Shown: positions 38,207 through 48,204 of the stretch, one piece after another
How positions within the stretch are numbered: the first letter of the stretch is position 1
Layout of the letters: each line of letters starts with the position of its first letter
NCBI GenBank assembly: GCA_016204695.1
Contig: JACQKD010000001.1
Span: 68,976 to 132,975 of the forward strand
DNA from: Candidatus Kaiserbacteria bacterium
GTDB lineage: Bacteria; Patescibacteriota; Minisyncoccia; Phycocordibacterales; UBA918
DNA: 64,000 nucleotides
Direction: 5' to 3'
Translations under genes and position numbers: made by a program
The notes under the pieces: generated by a model
The model's database searches: none
Told to the model about the DNA's origin: nothing
What the model saw: only the letters and a program-made list of their open reading frames with translations

Positions 38207-38757
38207 ACGGCGGTTTGCGCGCGGCGATGTGTCGCTATTTCTTCCGGATGCAGGATCTCTTCGGCGCGGTCGACGAAGAGGATGCCGTCGAGATGATCGA
38301 CCTCATGCTGGAATATCTGCGCGAGGAGCCCGCTTGCGCCGCGCTCGTACGGTGTGCCGCGCTCATCGTATGCGCGGATCGTGGCATGCGTGGATCTTGT
38401 CACTCCTCCGTAGACATCTTTCACTGAAAGACATCCTTCATGCATGAGCTGTTTCTTTTTCGAGAGCCGAAGGATGCGGGGGTTTATGGCGACCAGAGAC
38501 GGAAGGTGCGGAGGATCCGCTTTTGCGGCGTCTTTTTTCTTCTTTTGCAAATCTTCGACGAGAAAAATTCGCAACGGCACGCCGATCTGCGGGGCGGCAA
38601 TGGCGAGGCCCACATATTCCGCCGCCTTGTACGAGTGAAGCGCGGCGCGCATGTCTTTGAGTATCTTTTGTATGCGTGGCGAAGTGATATCTTCGACAGG
38701 AACCTCCTCTGCAATCGCATGCAGGGCGGGGTGTGTCTGGGGGACGAGTTTTGCCAT
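38203..38757 (-). CDS. def: Peptide deformylase
   Basis: AIAAPQIG, EGCLS, QHEVDHLDG. Confidence 0.96.
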   Translation of the reverse strand: MAKLVPQTHPALHAIAEEVPVEDITSPRIQKILKDMRAALHSYKAAEYVGLAIAAPQIGVPLRIFLVEDLQKKKKDAAKADPPHLPSLVAINPRILRLSKKKQLMHEGCLSVKDVYGGVTRSTHATIRAYDERGTPYERGASGLLAQIFQHEVDHLDGILFVDRAEEILHPEEIATHRRAQTAV

Positions 38758-38828
38758 ACGACACTACCATACCACTCCAATCGAGCATGTTCAAAAATTT
38801 GCAGACGGTGGCAAAGCGGATGGAGATC

Positions 38829-40754
38829 TTACACGATGCGGTCGGGGTTGATGATTATGCGGACTGATGGCGGAAGCAAACGCAGGGCATCGACAAGCGC
38901 GTCTTGCGGCCATCCGCTCCGGCCGCCGGCGGATGTCGGAGCGCTCGGGACGCGAATAAGTCCGTACATGATGTGTGATCCGCCGGCGGCCGGAGCGGTT
39001 TCTGTCGCGGCCGGAGGATTATAGACAAGGAGGCCGAACGGATCGAGCCGCTCTTTGATCTCTCTTGTCAACGTGTCCTCCGGATTGCTTCGCCACGTCA
39101 GATGGACGAATACGCTATAGGGCGGATAGTTGAATTGTTCTCGCGCGGCAAGCTCGTCGGTGTAATATGCCGCGGTCGAGCCGTCGCGCGCATGTCCGAG
39201 GAGTTCGTCATCGGCGGTGCGGATTTGCGCGAAGACGTATCCAAGCGTCTTCTCTCGAAGCGCAAGCAATATGCCGAACGCTTCTTCCTGTCCCCGCCAC
39301 GAGGGGATGGCGCGCAGAGCGTCCATGCTGACGATGGCGCTCGTCTCTACGGGATCGTGGAGATAGGGCAAGGCAAGTAGGGTCCCCAGCAGGACCGTTT
39401 TTTTCTTTGCATAGAATGCGTCTCGGATTGCAACGGCTTTTCGGTGGGTCGACGCGGTTTGATAGTCGAAAAGGAATATATCATCATCTCCCAATTGTCT
39501 CACCATTTCGTCGTATACCTGCTGTATTCCGATGCCTCGCTCGCGCAGGCGCCAACTGCCGCAGTTGGGGCAGAGGTCGTCCGCCCTGCGACGGTAGCCC
39601 GAAACACTTGAAACAAGCCAGCGTTCTTCAACGCCGTCACGCATGACGCGATGGAGTGCAAGCGGCGAGCCGGAGCGCGGACACCGCAGAATGTGCCCGC
39701 AGTCTACGCACGTCACTACGGGCGAGAGCCCTCGCCGGGCGCACAAGAGAAATGTTCGTCCGCGTTCCCGGCGCGTCTTCAGGATGGTGTCGAGCAGGAC
39801 ATCGGAAAAGAGAGAAAACACTTTGCCGTCGGTTCTGTCTTTGATGGGGATGGTCTTGAGCTTGCCCGGCAACGAGAGCCGTTTGGGGTGTTCATCGAAG
39901 GGGACGGCGAGGCCTTTTCGCAGAAGAAACTCATCTTCGCTCTGTGGCAGAAGGTCGGCGCTTACCAATACCCGGCCGGTATGTCGAGCGTGGACCGCGA
40001 GCGCATGGCGAAAGTCGAGATACGGACGCGATCGCGCTCTGTATGCGGACGATCGCGCGTGTTCAAGCACGACCGTACCTACGTCGTCCCGCGCGATGCA
40101 TGCGTGCTGGGGAGTGGCGACGATGAGCACCGGCCGGGCGTTTGTCGCGAACTTTTGGTAGGCGAGGGCGAGCCGGCGAGCGCCGATGCCGCTGTGGAGG
40201 AGGTATGCCCGGCCGGGAATCCCTTCGCTCAATATGGGGAAAAGAAACTCGCCGTCTTCTCTTGTCGGCGTCACGATGACGATTGATTTGTTCTCCGCAA
40301 ATGACGTGCGGACCATGCTCTTATACGCAAGGAGTCGAGCATCTCGGGGCGCCTGGAGTATCCGATGGACGTACATGTCCCCTTGTCTGACAGTTACCGA
40401 TTCGGGGTTGATGGGGATCTTTCCGTTTTTGATCTCATTCGGCAGGAGCGCAAAAAGCACGGCTCCGGGCTGGGAGGCATAATATTCCGCGAGCTCGTCT
40501 GCGGTACGCAGAAGCGGGTCGGGAAGCTTGTGCGCGTGTTTTTGCGGCGGGAGTTTTCGAAGCAGAAAAGAGGCGCCGCGAAGCGCCGCCTTCGCGAGCG
40601 ACACTTCTTGCGAAGAGATCACGATACCTTGCGCCGACTGTTTGCGAAGCGGTATATCAAGCAAGGTTCCCCGCTCGTAGGGATGTTTTGAGAAATAGGT
40701 AAGGGCCGCACGCGACATGCCCCGACGCATCGGTATGACTTCGATGACGTACAT
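38829..40754 (-). CDS. priA: Primosomal protein N'-like, with degenerate helicase motifs
   Basis: LTYF N-terminal domain, RRGLS.CVDCG..CP, CPNCG, GIGIQQV, NYPPY; no GKT or DEEH. Confidence 0.85.
   Translation of the reverse strand: MYVIEVIPMRRGMSRAALTYFSKHPYERGTLLDIPLRKQSAQGIVISSQEVSLAKAALRGASFLLRKLPPQKHAHKLPDPLLRTADELAEYYASQPGAVLFALLPNEIKNGKIPINPESVTVRQGDMYVHRILQAPRDARLLAYKSMVRTSFAENKSIVIVTPTREDGEFLFPILSEGIPGRAYLLHSGIGARRLALAYQKFATNARPVLIVATPQHACIARDDVGTVVLEHARSSAYRARSRPYLDFRHALAVHARHTGRVLVSADLLPQSEDEFLLRKGLAVPFDEHPKRLSLPGKLKTIPIKDRTDGKVFSLFSDVLLDTILKTRRERGRTFLLCARRGLSPVVTCVDCGHILRCPRSGSPLALHRVMRDGVEERWLVSSVSGYRRRADDLCPNCGSWRLRERGIGIQQVYDEMVRQLGDDDIFLFDYQTASTHRKAVAIRDAFYAKKKTVLLGTLLALPYLHDPVETSAIVSMDALRAIPSWRGQEEAFGILLALREKTLGYVFAQIRTADDELLGHARDGSTAAYYTDELAAREQFNYPPYSVFVHLTWRSNPEDTLTREIKERLDPFGLLVYNPPAATETAPAAGGSHIMYGLIRVPSAPTSAGGRSGWPQDALVDALRLLPPSVRIIINPDRIV
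38914..38998. repeat. Two inverted copies of a 21-bp GC-rich motif within priA
   Basis: CCGCTCCGGCCGCCGGCGGAT (38914-38934) / ATCCGCCGGCGGCCGGAGCGG (38978-38998). Confidence 0.8.
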
Positions 40755-40759
40755 TATCT

Positions 40760-42109
40760 CTATTCTACCAAATCGGTTCTCGTGGTGATTTTTGCGCCGA
40801 GTTCCGCAAGTCGTTCGGCGATGTTTTGGTAGCCGCGCTGGATGGTGTAGACATTGCGCAGTGTGGAGGTGCCTTCGGCCGCGAGCATGCCGATGAGGAG
40901 TATGGCGGCGGGGCGCAGTGCGGGCGGGCAGATGATGTCTGCGGCTTGCCACTCTGTCGGACCGGTGACAAAGACCCGGTGCGGATCGGCAAGAAGCACT
41001 TTCGCGCCCAGCTTTTCAAGCTCGGTGTAGTGCACTGCCCGACCGTCATATGTCCAGTCGTGAATCAGCGTTTGTCCTTCGGCTTGCGCGGCGATCACGA
41101 CGAAGAAGGGGAGATTGTCCTGGTTGATGCCCGGGTATGGCAATGCATGTATTTTGTCCTCAAGTGCTTTGAGCTTGGAAGGGTGGATAATGAGATCGAC
41201 GAGCTTTGTTTTGCCGTTTTTTGCGAGGTATGGCCCGGACTTCTCGTATCGCAGTCCCATCTTCTCGAGTTTCAAAAGTTCGAGTTCGAGAAATGCGATC
41301 GGCGCGCGGATGACGGCGAGTTTGGAGTCGGTCACAATCGCCGATGCGATAAAAAACATCGCGTCGATCGGGTCTTCCGAAAGGGTGTATTCGATTGTTT
41401 CGTTTATCTCTTCGACGCCATGCACGATGAGTGTTGATGTGCCGATGCCTTCGATTTTCACTCCGCATTGTTCAAGAAAAAAACATGTTTCTTGCACCAT
41501 GTAGTTGGCGGAGGCGAATTTGATGGTTGTGGTGCCGGGAATTTTCGCCGCGGCCATAAGCGCGTTTTCAGTCACGGTGTCGCCCGCTTCATAGAGGATG
41601 ATTTCGCGATCTTTCGCGAGGCCGCCGTGCGTCACATGAAAATAATTCTCCTCGGTCTCGACCGAGACGCCGAGCGGTTCGAGCGCGTAGAAGTGCGGAC
41701 GCACGGTGCGCTGGCCGAGATTGCATCCGCCGGACTGCGGAATGCGGAAATCTTGCAAATCGTGGATCAGTGGGCCGAAGTACATGATGATGCTTCGGGT
41801 CATTCGCGCGGCGTCCTCGTCGATCGTATCCATCGCGAGATGCGCAGGCGGCGTGATGCGTATGCTCGTGCCTTCCCATGTCACGCCGACGCCGATACTT
41901 TGCAAGACTTCAATAAGGCGATTCACCTCTTCGATCTTCGGTACATCGTGGAGAACAGTCGTACCTTTATTGAGGAGTACGGCGCACAACAGCGCGACCG
42001 CGCCGTTTTTCGACGTGCTCGTTGTCACGGTGCCCGAAAGCTTGTGACCTCCCTCGATTGTAAAATTGATAACCGGCCGCGTTTTCGGGGTAGCTTCCAT
42101 ATTCGCCAA
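40760..42109 (-). CDS. murA: UDP-N-acetylglucosamine 1-carboxyvinyltransferase
   Basis: SKNG, SGGCNLGQR, PYPG, IQRGY. Confidence 0.95.
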   Translation of the reverse strand: MANMEATPKTRPVINFTIEGGHKLSGTVTTSTSKNGAVALLCAVLLNKGTTVLHDVPKIEEVNRLIEVLQSIGVGVTWEGTSIRITPPAHLAMDTIDEDAARMTRSIIMYFGPLIHDLQDFRIPQSGGCNLGQRTVRPHFYALEPLGVSVETEENYFHVTHGGLAKDREIILYEAGDTVTENALMAAAKIPGTTTIKFASANYMVQETCFFLEQCGVKIEGIGTSTLIVHGVEEINETIEYTLSEDPIDAMFFIASAIVTDSKLAVIRAPIAFLELELLKLEKMGLRYEKSGPYLAKNGKTKLVDLIIHPSKLKALEDKIHALPYPGINQDNLPFFVVIAAQAEGQTLIHDWTYDGRAVHYTELEKLGAKVLLADPHRVFVTGPTEWQAADIICPPALRPAAILLIGMLAAEGTSTLRNVYTIQRGYQNIAERLAELGAKITTRTDLVE

Positions 42110-42203
42110 TCATACTCCAGCCGCCTTCTGTCGCAAAATTGTCTTAAATAAAGACGGCCTGGTGCTCATCCCAGGCCTTGCCACGATACACCACCGACTA
42201 TTC

Positions 42204-42380
42204 CTATGGGGGAGAGTAGTTGGTGGTTGCTCCGCAGTCGAGGCACACGTAGCCGTTTTCGCGGCGTGCCATTGCGGCTCCGCACTCGCCGCACGAAGGC
42301 ACCTCATCTCTCTCGGTGTCTGGAACTACCGTTGTCGGTAGTCCATATGTGGCTGAAAGCTTCCGTCCCTCTTCGGCCAT
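42204..42380 (-). CDS. Small zinc-ribbon protein
   Basis: AGGAGG RBS; CGECG...CLDCG. Confidence 0.65.
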   Translation of the reverse strand: MAEEGRKLSATYGLPTTVVPDTERDEVPSCGECGAAMARRENGYVCLDCGATTNYSPP

Positions 42381-42573
42381 GTCGTTTCCCCTCCTAGACG
42401 AGACAAGGATCGTCCCACCTATTCGAGTGCGTCCCGATCGAGTACATACCTGCATTCGAACTCCTTTCGTACTTTATGCCGTGTGCAAAATATCATGCAT
42501 ACCAGGGCGATACAACTACGGCAAATGTTTACCAAGATGCGGTGTAAATTAAAACAAGGTATCATGCCCCTAC

Positions 42574-43596
42574 ATGTCATGGTTCTCCAATCTCTTTTCT
42601 CCAAAGGTTGGTATTGACCTTGGGACGACAAATGTACTCGTGTTTATTCCGGGCAAGGGCATCGTGCTCAATGAGCCGTCGGTGGTCGCGATCTCCGACG
42701 ACAATAAGATTCTCGCGGTCGGACAGGAAGCGAAACATATGATCGGCCGTACGCCGGACAACATCCGCGCGTATCGCCCGATGAAAGACGGCGTGATCGC
42801 CGATTATCGCGTGACCGAGGCGATGCTGCGGTATTTTCTTAAGAAAGCGCTCGGGCGGTGGAATATTTTTAAGCCCGAAGTGATGGTGTCAGTGCCTGCG
42901 GGCGTGACGTCGACCGAACGGCGCGCGGTGATCGAGGCGGCGCTCAAAGCGGGCGCACGCAATGCGTATGTGGTCAAAGAGCCGATCCTTGCCGCCATCG
43001 GCGCGGGTATTCCCATCTACGAGCCGCGCGGACACATGATCGTGGATATCGGCGGCGGCACGATCGACGTGGCGGTGATCTCGCTTGGCGGCATCGTTGC
43101 GGCCAATTCGGTCAAATGCGCCGGTAATCGCATCGACGCGGCGATTGTAGACTACGCGAAAAAACATTCCAATCTTTCGATCGGCGACAAAACCGCCGAA
43201 GACATCAAGATTACGATCGGTTCGGCGCTTCCGCTCGAAGAAGAGATGGTGCTTGCGATCAAAGGACGAGACACACAGTCCGGCCTGCCGCGTACGGTTG
43301 AGATGAAAAGCAATGAGCTGGTGAGTGCGATGGCCCGCGAGCTCCGCGAGATGATCAAGGCGATCAAGGATGTGTTCCAGGATACGCCGCCGGAGCTTGC
43401 GGCCGATATTATCGACCAAGGGATCATTCTCACCGGAGGGACCTCCCAGTTGCGCAACTTCGCCGAGCTCGTGCGTCGTCGTACCGGCGTGAAAGCGAAG
43501 GTCGCCGACAGCGCGCTCTTCTGTGTCGCCAAAGGCACCGGCATCGCACTTGAACATCTCAATACCTACAAACGCAGTATCATCACGAAGCGGTAG
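42574..43596 (+). CDS. mreB: MreB/Mbl paralogue (stand-alone)
   Basis: GIDLGTTN, NEPSVVA, DIGGGT, LTGG. Confidence 0.95.
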   Translation: MSWFSNLFSPKVGIDLGTTNVLVFIPGKGIVLNEPSVVAISDDNKILAVGQEAKHMIGRTPDNIRAYRPMKDGVIADYRVTEAMLRYFLKKALGRWNIFKPEVMVSVPAGVTSTERRAVIEAALKAGARNAYVVKEPILAAIGAGIPIYEPRGHMIVDIGGGTIDVAVISLGGIVAANSVKCAGNRIDAAIVDYAKKHSNLSIGDKTAEDIKITIGSALPLEEEMVLAIKGRDTQSGLPRTVEMKSNELVSAMARELREMIKAIKDVFQDTPPELAADIIDQGIILTGGTSQLRNFAELVRRRTGVKAKVADSALFCVAKGTGIALEHLNTYKRSIITKR

Positions 43597-43611
43597 GGTA
43601 CAATGTGAAGC

Positions 43612-43878
43612 ATGAAGAAGGTGCTCATCGGCGTGGTCGCGGCATATCTTGCGATCGGACTCACTGTCGGGGGAAATGAATGGCTGAAAGATATGGCGAC
43701 ATTCGACTGTGGTTCGTATACGTATGGAGGCGGTAGTATATTCGAATCAGCCGGTCCGGGCTGTCGGCGCAGAGGCTTGGAGGCAGGCGGCATATTCTCG
43801 GCGGTTGTCGTAGGGGCACTATGGGGACCGCTGATTGTGCCGAGACTACTCTTCCCTGATTCGAGGGAAGAAGTTTGA
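43612..43878 (+). CDS. Small 2-TM protein
   Basis: Two hydrophobic segments with a Cys pair between them. Confidence 0.6.
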   Translation: MKKVLIGVVAAYLAIGLTVGGNEWLKDMATFDCGSYTYGGGSIFESAGPGCRRRGLEAGGIFSAVVVGALWGPLIVPRLLFPDSREEV

Positions 43879-44005
43879 TACTATCCTGATGTGCCGATGG
43901 AGAAACCGCGAATAACATCATCACAAAGTGATTATGGTGCACACTAAACCGCCTTCTTCACCTCGGAGTGGTATATACTGGAAGGGAATTAATGCTCATA
44001 CACAT

Positions 44006-44275
44006 ATGACCGAAGAACAAAAACAAAAATTAGTTGCCCTTTTTGAAGAGCAGAAAACTTCTGAAGACGACCAAGCGTTCTGGTTTACTCGTTTGTCGGA
44101 TGCCTCGCCGGTACTCTGCGAAAGTGTCATAGAAATGTTCGCATTATTTCCGGGCGAGATGGGGCAACTGCGCGGAATGCAGGAACGAAAAGAACAAGCG
44201 CTTGCAAGTGGAGATATGGACGCGTGGGGTGGAATCGTGGAGGATGAGACACGCCGACTTGCCGCGCTCGCATAG
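44006..44275 (+). CDS. Hypothetical protein
   Basis: Helical ORF; start set at MTEEQ. Confidence 0.7.
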   Translation: MTEEQKQKLVALFEEQKTSEDDQAFWFTRLSDASPVLCESVIEMFALFPGEMGQLRGMQERKEQALASGDMDAWGGIVEDETRRLAALA

Positions 44276-44301
44276 GAGATTACGCACTATATTTTACGAA
44301 T

Positions 44302-45405
44302 ATGAATGAAGGAGCACCTAAAGCCAAAAAGATTTCACCGGAACGATTGTCAATCAATACTGTTCAGGAGGAGGATAGCGACTCTACAGAGATGGCGCCC
44401 GATGAGGCCGCTACCGCAGTGCAAGAGGCGATGAAAAAGGGTCAAGAGGTACTGCCTCCTCAGCAAACAGAGATGATCGCGGAGGAAGTGAAAGGAACAG
44501 GCGGGGTCCTGCAGAGATTCGGCGGACGAACAAAGCGAACGATAATGTTCGGTCTTGTCGGCTTGTCACTTCTTGCCGCGTCTCCTCGGTGGTCGGAAGG
44601 CGCTGAAAAAAAAGGATCGGGGGAGCGTATCGAGGAAGTTGCGAAGAATCGTACCGAAGCTGACTATGCGAAAGCATGGAAAGTGCTTGAAGCTTACGGA
44701 GTAAAAAGATCTCCTGATGTAGAAAGAACCGAAAAGCTTGGAGAGCAAATTGCGCCAGGATCGCGCGCTATGAAAATCGAAGGGGAAGTGATGGGGGTCG
44801 CCGAAAAACTCGTACATACCTTGAATACGCTCGCCACCAGAGTGATAACGGGGATGGATAAAGTTAAACGGAGCTACGGGCTTCCTGAAGCGGCGCCCGA
44901 CTTCGAGCAGACAGTGGCAACATTGCAAAAACAACTGGAGTCGGCGGATTCGTTCGATGTCGCATTGAAGGATTTTTCTCGCGGTGATTCCGTATTCAGA
45001 TCATCGGATTCGCTGGATTTTGCGCGCGAACAGTTGCGCGCGGGAGAAGCGTTGATCGCATATTGGAAAGATCCCAAAAACAAGGCCATCCTGGACAAGA
45101 AGTCATCGGCAAAAAAGATTCTTGACCGGTTGGAACAGAAAGAAAAAACCGATCTTTTGAATCGGAACGAAACAGAGCTGAAAAAAGAAGCTCTACGCAT
45201 TCTGGGAGAAGAGTCGTTGCAATCATCCGGGTCCGGAAAACAGGGTGGGAGTGAAACACCGCAACAGCGCGGAGGCACTGAGTTGGACAAGGTGCCGGGT
45301 CAGCTCGAAAAATCCGGCAGGGAGTTGAGGGAGTCTGCCGATAATCTGGGGAGGATAATGCAGGAATATCGCAAGCAGGTTGAAGAGCTCAATAAGAAGA
45401 AGTAG
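44302..45405 (+). CDS. Hypothetical single-TM coiled-coil protein
   Basis: Internal TM (IMFGLVGLSLLAA) and charged helical body. Confidence 0.7.
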   Translation: MNEGAPKAKKISPERLSINTVQEEDSDSTEMAPDEAATAVQEAMKKGQEVLPPQQTEMIAEEVKGTGGVLQRFGGRTKRTIMFGLVGLSLLAASPRWSEGAEKKGSGERIEEVAKNRTEADYAKAWKVLEAYGVKRSPDVERTEKLGEQIAPGSRAMKIEGEVMGVAEKLVHTLNTLATRVITGMDKVKRSYGLPEAAPDFEQTVATLQKQLESADSFDVALKDFSRGDSVFRSSDSLDFAREQLRAGEALIAYWKDPKNKAILDKKSSAKKILDRLEQKEKTDLLNRNETELKKEALRILGEESLQSSGSGKQGGSETPQQRGGTELDKVPGQLEKSGRELRESADNLGRIMQEYRKQVEELNKKK

Positions 45406-45425
45406 AAAAGCGAAAGAGAGTAGCC

Positions 45426-48194
45426 ATGGAATCTCCTCCGATCAGAAAGTTTTCGTCTCCCGAAGAGGAGATCGCGTATCTGCGTGCACGCATTAATGAG
45501 CGGGAGCGCGACTCCGGGCAGAGTCCGGAGTCAGGTCCGCCGCGCGAAACAATCGCGCGGGAGGAACTCGGCACGTACAGCAGATTTACCCCGCAGTCGG
45601 TACTCGAAAAGGAATATCGGCTTGGTGCCCGCGCAGTCACGAGTGCCGCCGAACGCGTCCGTACATCGGAAGATCAGGTGACGGAAGTCGTCGAGCTTGC
45701 GCACACCAAAGGCATTCGCAATGCGCTTTCGGTCCTCGAAAAGCTCGACAACGCGTTCGTGACTGATGAGGCGCATCGGCGCCTCGTTCAAGATATACAG
45801 CAAGGTCGCGAAGTGATCGGTACGAAGGAGGGCGCACCGCTGTGGGGCGTGCTCCACATGACGCTCTTTGAAGTGACGCTTCCGGAAGAGCGCGAGAAAG
45901 AAGCCGGACAAGAAGCGGAGCTGAAGGGACTCATTTCCGCGATGGAGCAGTTTTACGCGGGCATGCAAGCCATCTCCGGAGAAAAGGGCCTGCCGCGGCA
46001 TTTCACCCTTGAGATCGCGGTATCCGACAAGAGCGACGACATCATTTTCTACGCCGCAGTGCCGACGATGCACATCGATCTTTTTGAAAAACAACTGTTG
46101 TCCCTTTTTCCGAACGCCCAGATTGTCGAACAGAAGAGCGACTACAACATCTTTGTCGACGGGGGTACCGCTTTTGTTTCCGAGATGACACTCTCGCGAC
46201 ATCCGGTGTATCCCATTCGCGGCTACGAGACGTTTGATCGCGATCCGCTCCACGTATTGCTCAATGCTTTTTCAAAAATCGAGCGCGAGGGCGGCGGTGC
46301 GGCGTTCCAAGTGGTCTTGCGGCCGCAGAAAGATACGTACCGCAAGCAGTACGAGCACATCATCAAGAAGGTCCGCGACGGCATGCCGATCAAAAAGGCG
46401 ATTCATATGACCACGATCGGCGGCCAGGCAATCGAGTTGTTCAAAGACATGTTCTCATCCTCGAAGAAAAAGAAGGATGAGGACGAAGAAGAAAAGCACA
46501 AGGTGGACGAGTCGCTTGTCGAGCTTCTCGAAGAAAAAGTCGCACGACCGATCATTCCCGCGAACATCCGCATCGCGGTGTCCGCCGGCGGTGAAGCGCG
46601 CGCCGTGCAGATACTCAATGATATTGAAGCGGGTTTCCATCAGTTTGAAAACACGAAAGGTAATCGCATCGTCTTTAAGAAGCCGAAAGGACGCGCATTG
46701 CGCCGTGCGCTTCGCGCCTTTTCCTTTCGTGAATATCTGAAGGCGGAAGAATTGCCACTCTCAATCACGGAGCTGTCGAGCATCATCCACTTCCCGGTGC
46801 AGGACGTGCGCTTCTCGCCACAGGTCAAACAGACGAGGGCGCAACAGGCGGCCGCGCCGATAGACATGCCTCAAGACGGGACACTCCTCGGCACCAACAC
46901 CTACCGCAACACGGAAACCCCGGTCTACATCACCGCCGACGACCGCCTGCGCCATTTCTACATCATCGGTCAGACCGGCACCGGCAAGACCACGTTGATG
47001 AAGAACATGATCATCCAAGACATCGAGCAGGGCAACGGCGTCTGCATGATCGATCCGCACGGCACGGACATCGTCGACGTGCTTGCCGCCGTGCCGCCCG
47101 AGCGCGAGCAGGACGTCATCTATTTCGATCCCGCGTATACCGAGCGCTCCATCGGCCTCAATATGCTCGAGTTTGATCCCGCGCATCCCGAGCAAAAGAC
47201 GTTTGTGGTGAACGAACTCTTCTCGATCTTCCAAAAGCTGTACGGTGCGGTGCCCGAGAGTATGGGGCCGATTTTCGAACAGTACTTCCGCAACGCGACG
47301 TTGCTCGTACTCGAAGATCCGGAAAGCGGCAACACGCTCATGGATGTCTCGCGCGTGATGGCGGACGCGAGTTATCGGAAACTGAAACTCTCAAAAACGC
47401 ACAATCCGGTCGTCAAACAGTTCTGGGAGGAAATTGCAACGAAGGCCGGCGGTGAAGCCGCGCTCGAAAACATCGTGCCGTATATCACTTCGAAGTTTGA
47501 TGTCTTTACGGCGAATGATTACATGCGTCCGATCATCGGCCAACAGCGGTCCTCGATCAACTTTCGGCGGATCATGGACGAGAAGAAGATTCTGCTCGTC
47601 AATCTCTCAAAAGGCCGCCTCGGCGAGATCAATGCAAACCTCATCGGTATGATCATCGTCGGCAAGCTCCTGATGGCCGCGCTCTCGCGCGTGGATGATC
47701 TCTCTCGTTCTCTCCCGCCGTTTTATCTCCATATGGATGAATTTCAAAACGTGACGACTGACTCCATCACCGCGATTCTCTCCGAAGCCCGTAAATACAA
47801 GCTCGGACTCACCATCGCCAATCAATACATCGCTCAACTCACCGACGAGATTCGCGATGCGGTCTTCGGCAACGTCGGCTCGATCGCGGCGTTCCGCGTC
47901 GGGCCGGAAGACGGTGAATTTCTTGAAAAACAATTTGAGCCGACCTTTTCCGCGCACGATCTGGTTAATATCGAAAATCAGCACGCATATGTGCGACTCT
48001 TGGCGAAGGGTACGCCGCAGAAGCCGTTCTCGATACATACGGTCGCGCCGCGCCCGGTGGATTACGCAAAGGCGCAGGAACGCATCGCGCGGCTCTATGC
48101 CGCGCATGGGCGTCCGCGTGAGGAAGTCGAAGCGGAGATCGCGGCGAGATATCAACGCCCCCCTGTTCCGGTGTCCGGCAGTGTGGTGGTATAG
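45426..48194 (+). CDS. VirD4/TraG/HerA-like secretion-system ATPase
   Basis: RLRHFYIIGQTGTGKT, IDPHG, DEFQN, EARKY, ANQY. Confidence 0.88.
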   Translation: MESPPIRKFSSPEEEIAYLRARINERERDSGQSPESGPPRETIAREELGTYSRFTPQSVLEKEYRLGARAVTSAAERVRTSEDQVTEVVELAHTKGIRNALSVLEKLDNAFVTDEAHRRLVQDIQQGREVIGTKEGAPLWGVLHMTLFEVTLPEEREKEAGQEAELKGLISAMEQFYAGMQAISGEKGLPRHFTLEIAVSDKSDDIIFYAAVPTMHIDLFEKQLLSLFPNAQIVEQKSDYNIFVDGGTAFVSEMTLSRHPVYPIRGYETFDRDPLHVLLNAFSKIEREGGGAAFQVVLRPQKDTYRKQYEHIIKKVRDGMPIKKAIHMTTIGGQAIELFKDMFSSSKKKKDEDEEEKHKVDESLVELLEEKVARPIIPANIRIAVSAGGEARAVQILNDIEAGFHQFENTKGNRIVFKKPKGRALRRALRAFSFREYLKAEELPLSITELSSIIHFPVQDVRFSPQVKQTRAQQAAAPIDMPQDGTLLGTNTYRNTETPVYITADDRLRHFYIIGQTGTGKTTLMKNMIIQDIEQGNGVCMIDPHGTDIVDVLAAVPPEREQDVIYFDPAYTERSIGLNMLEFDPAHPEQKTFVVNELFSIFQKLYGAVPESMGPIFEQYFRNATLLVLEDPESGNTLMDVSRVMADASYRKLKLSKTHNPVVKQFWEEIATKAGGEAALENIVPYITSKFDVFTANDYMRPIIGQQRSSINFRRIMDEKKILLVNLSKGRLGEINANLIGMIIVGKLLMAALSRVDDLSRSLPPFYLHMDEFQNVTTDSITAILSEARKYKLGLTIANQYIAQLTDEIRDAVFGNVGSIAAFRVGPEDGEFLEKQFEPTFSAHDLVNIENQHAYVRLLAKGTPQKPFSIHTVAPRPVDYAKAQERIARLYAAHGRPREEVEAEIAARYQRPPVPVSGSVVV

Positions 48195-48204
48195 TAGTCA
48201 CGAC

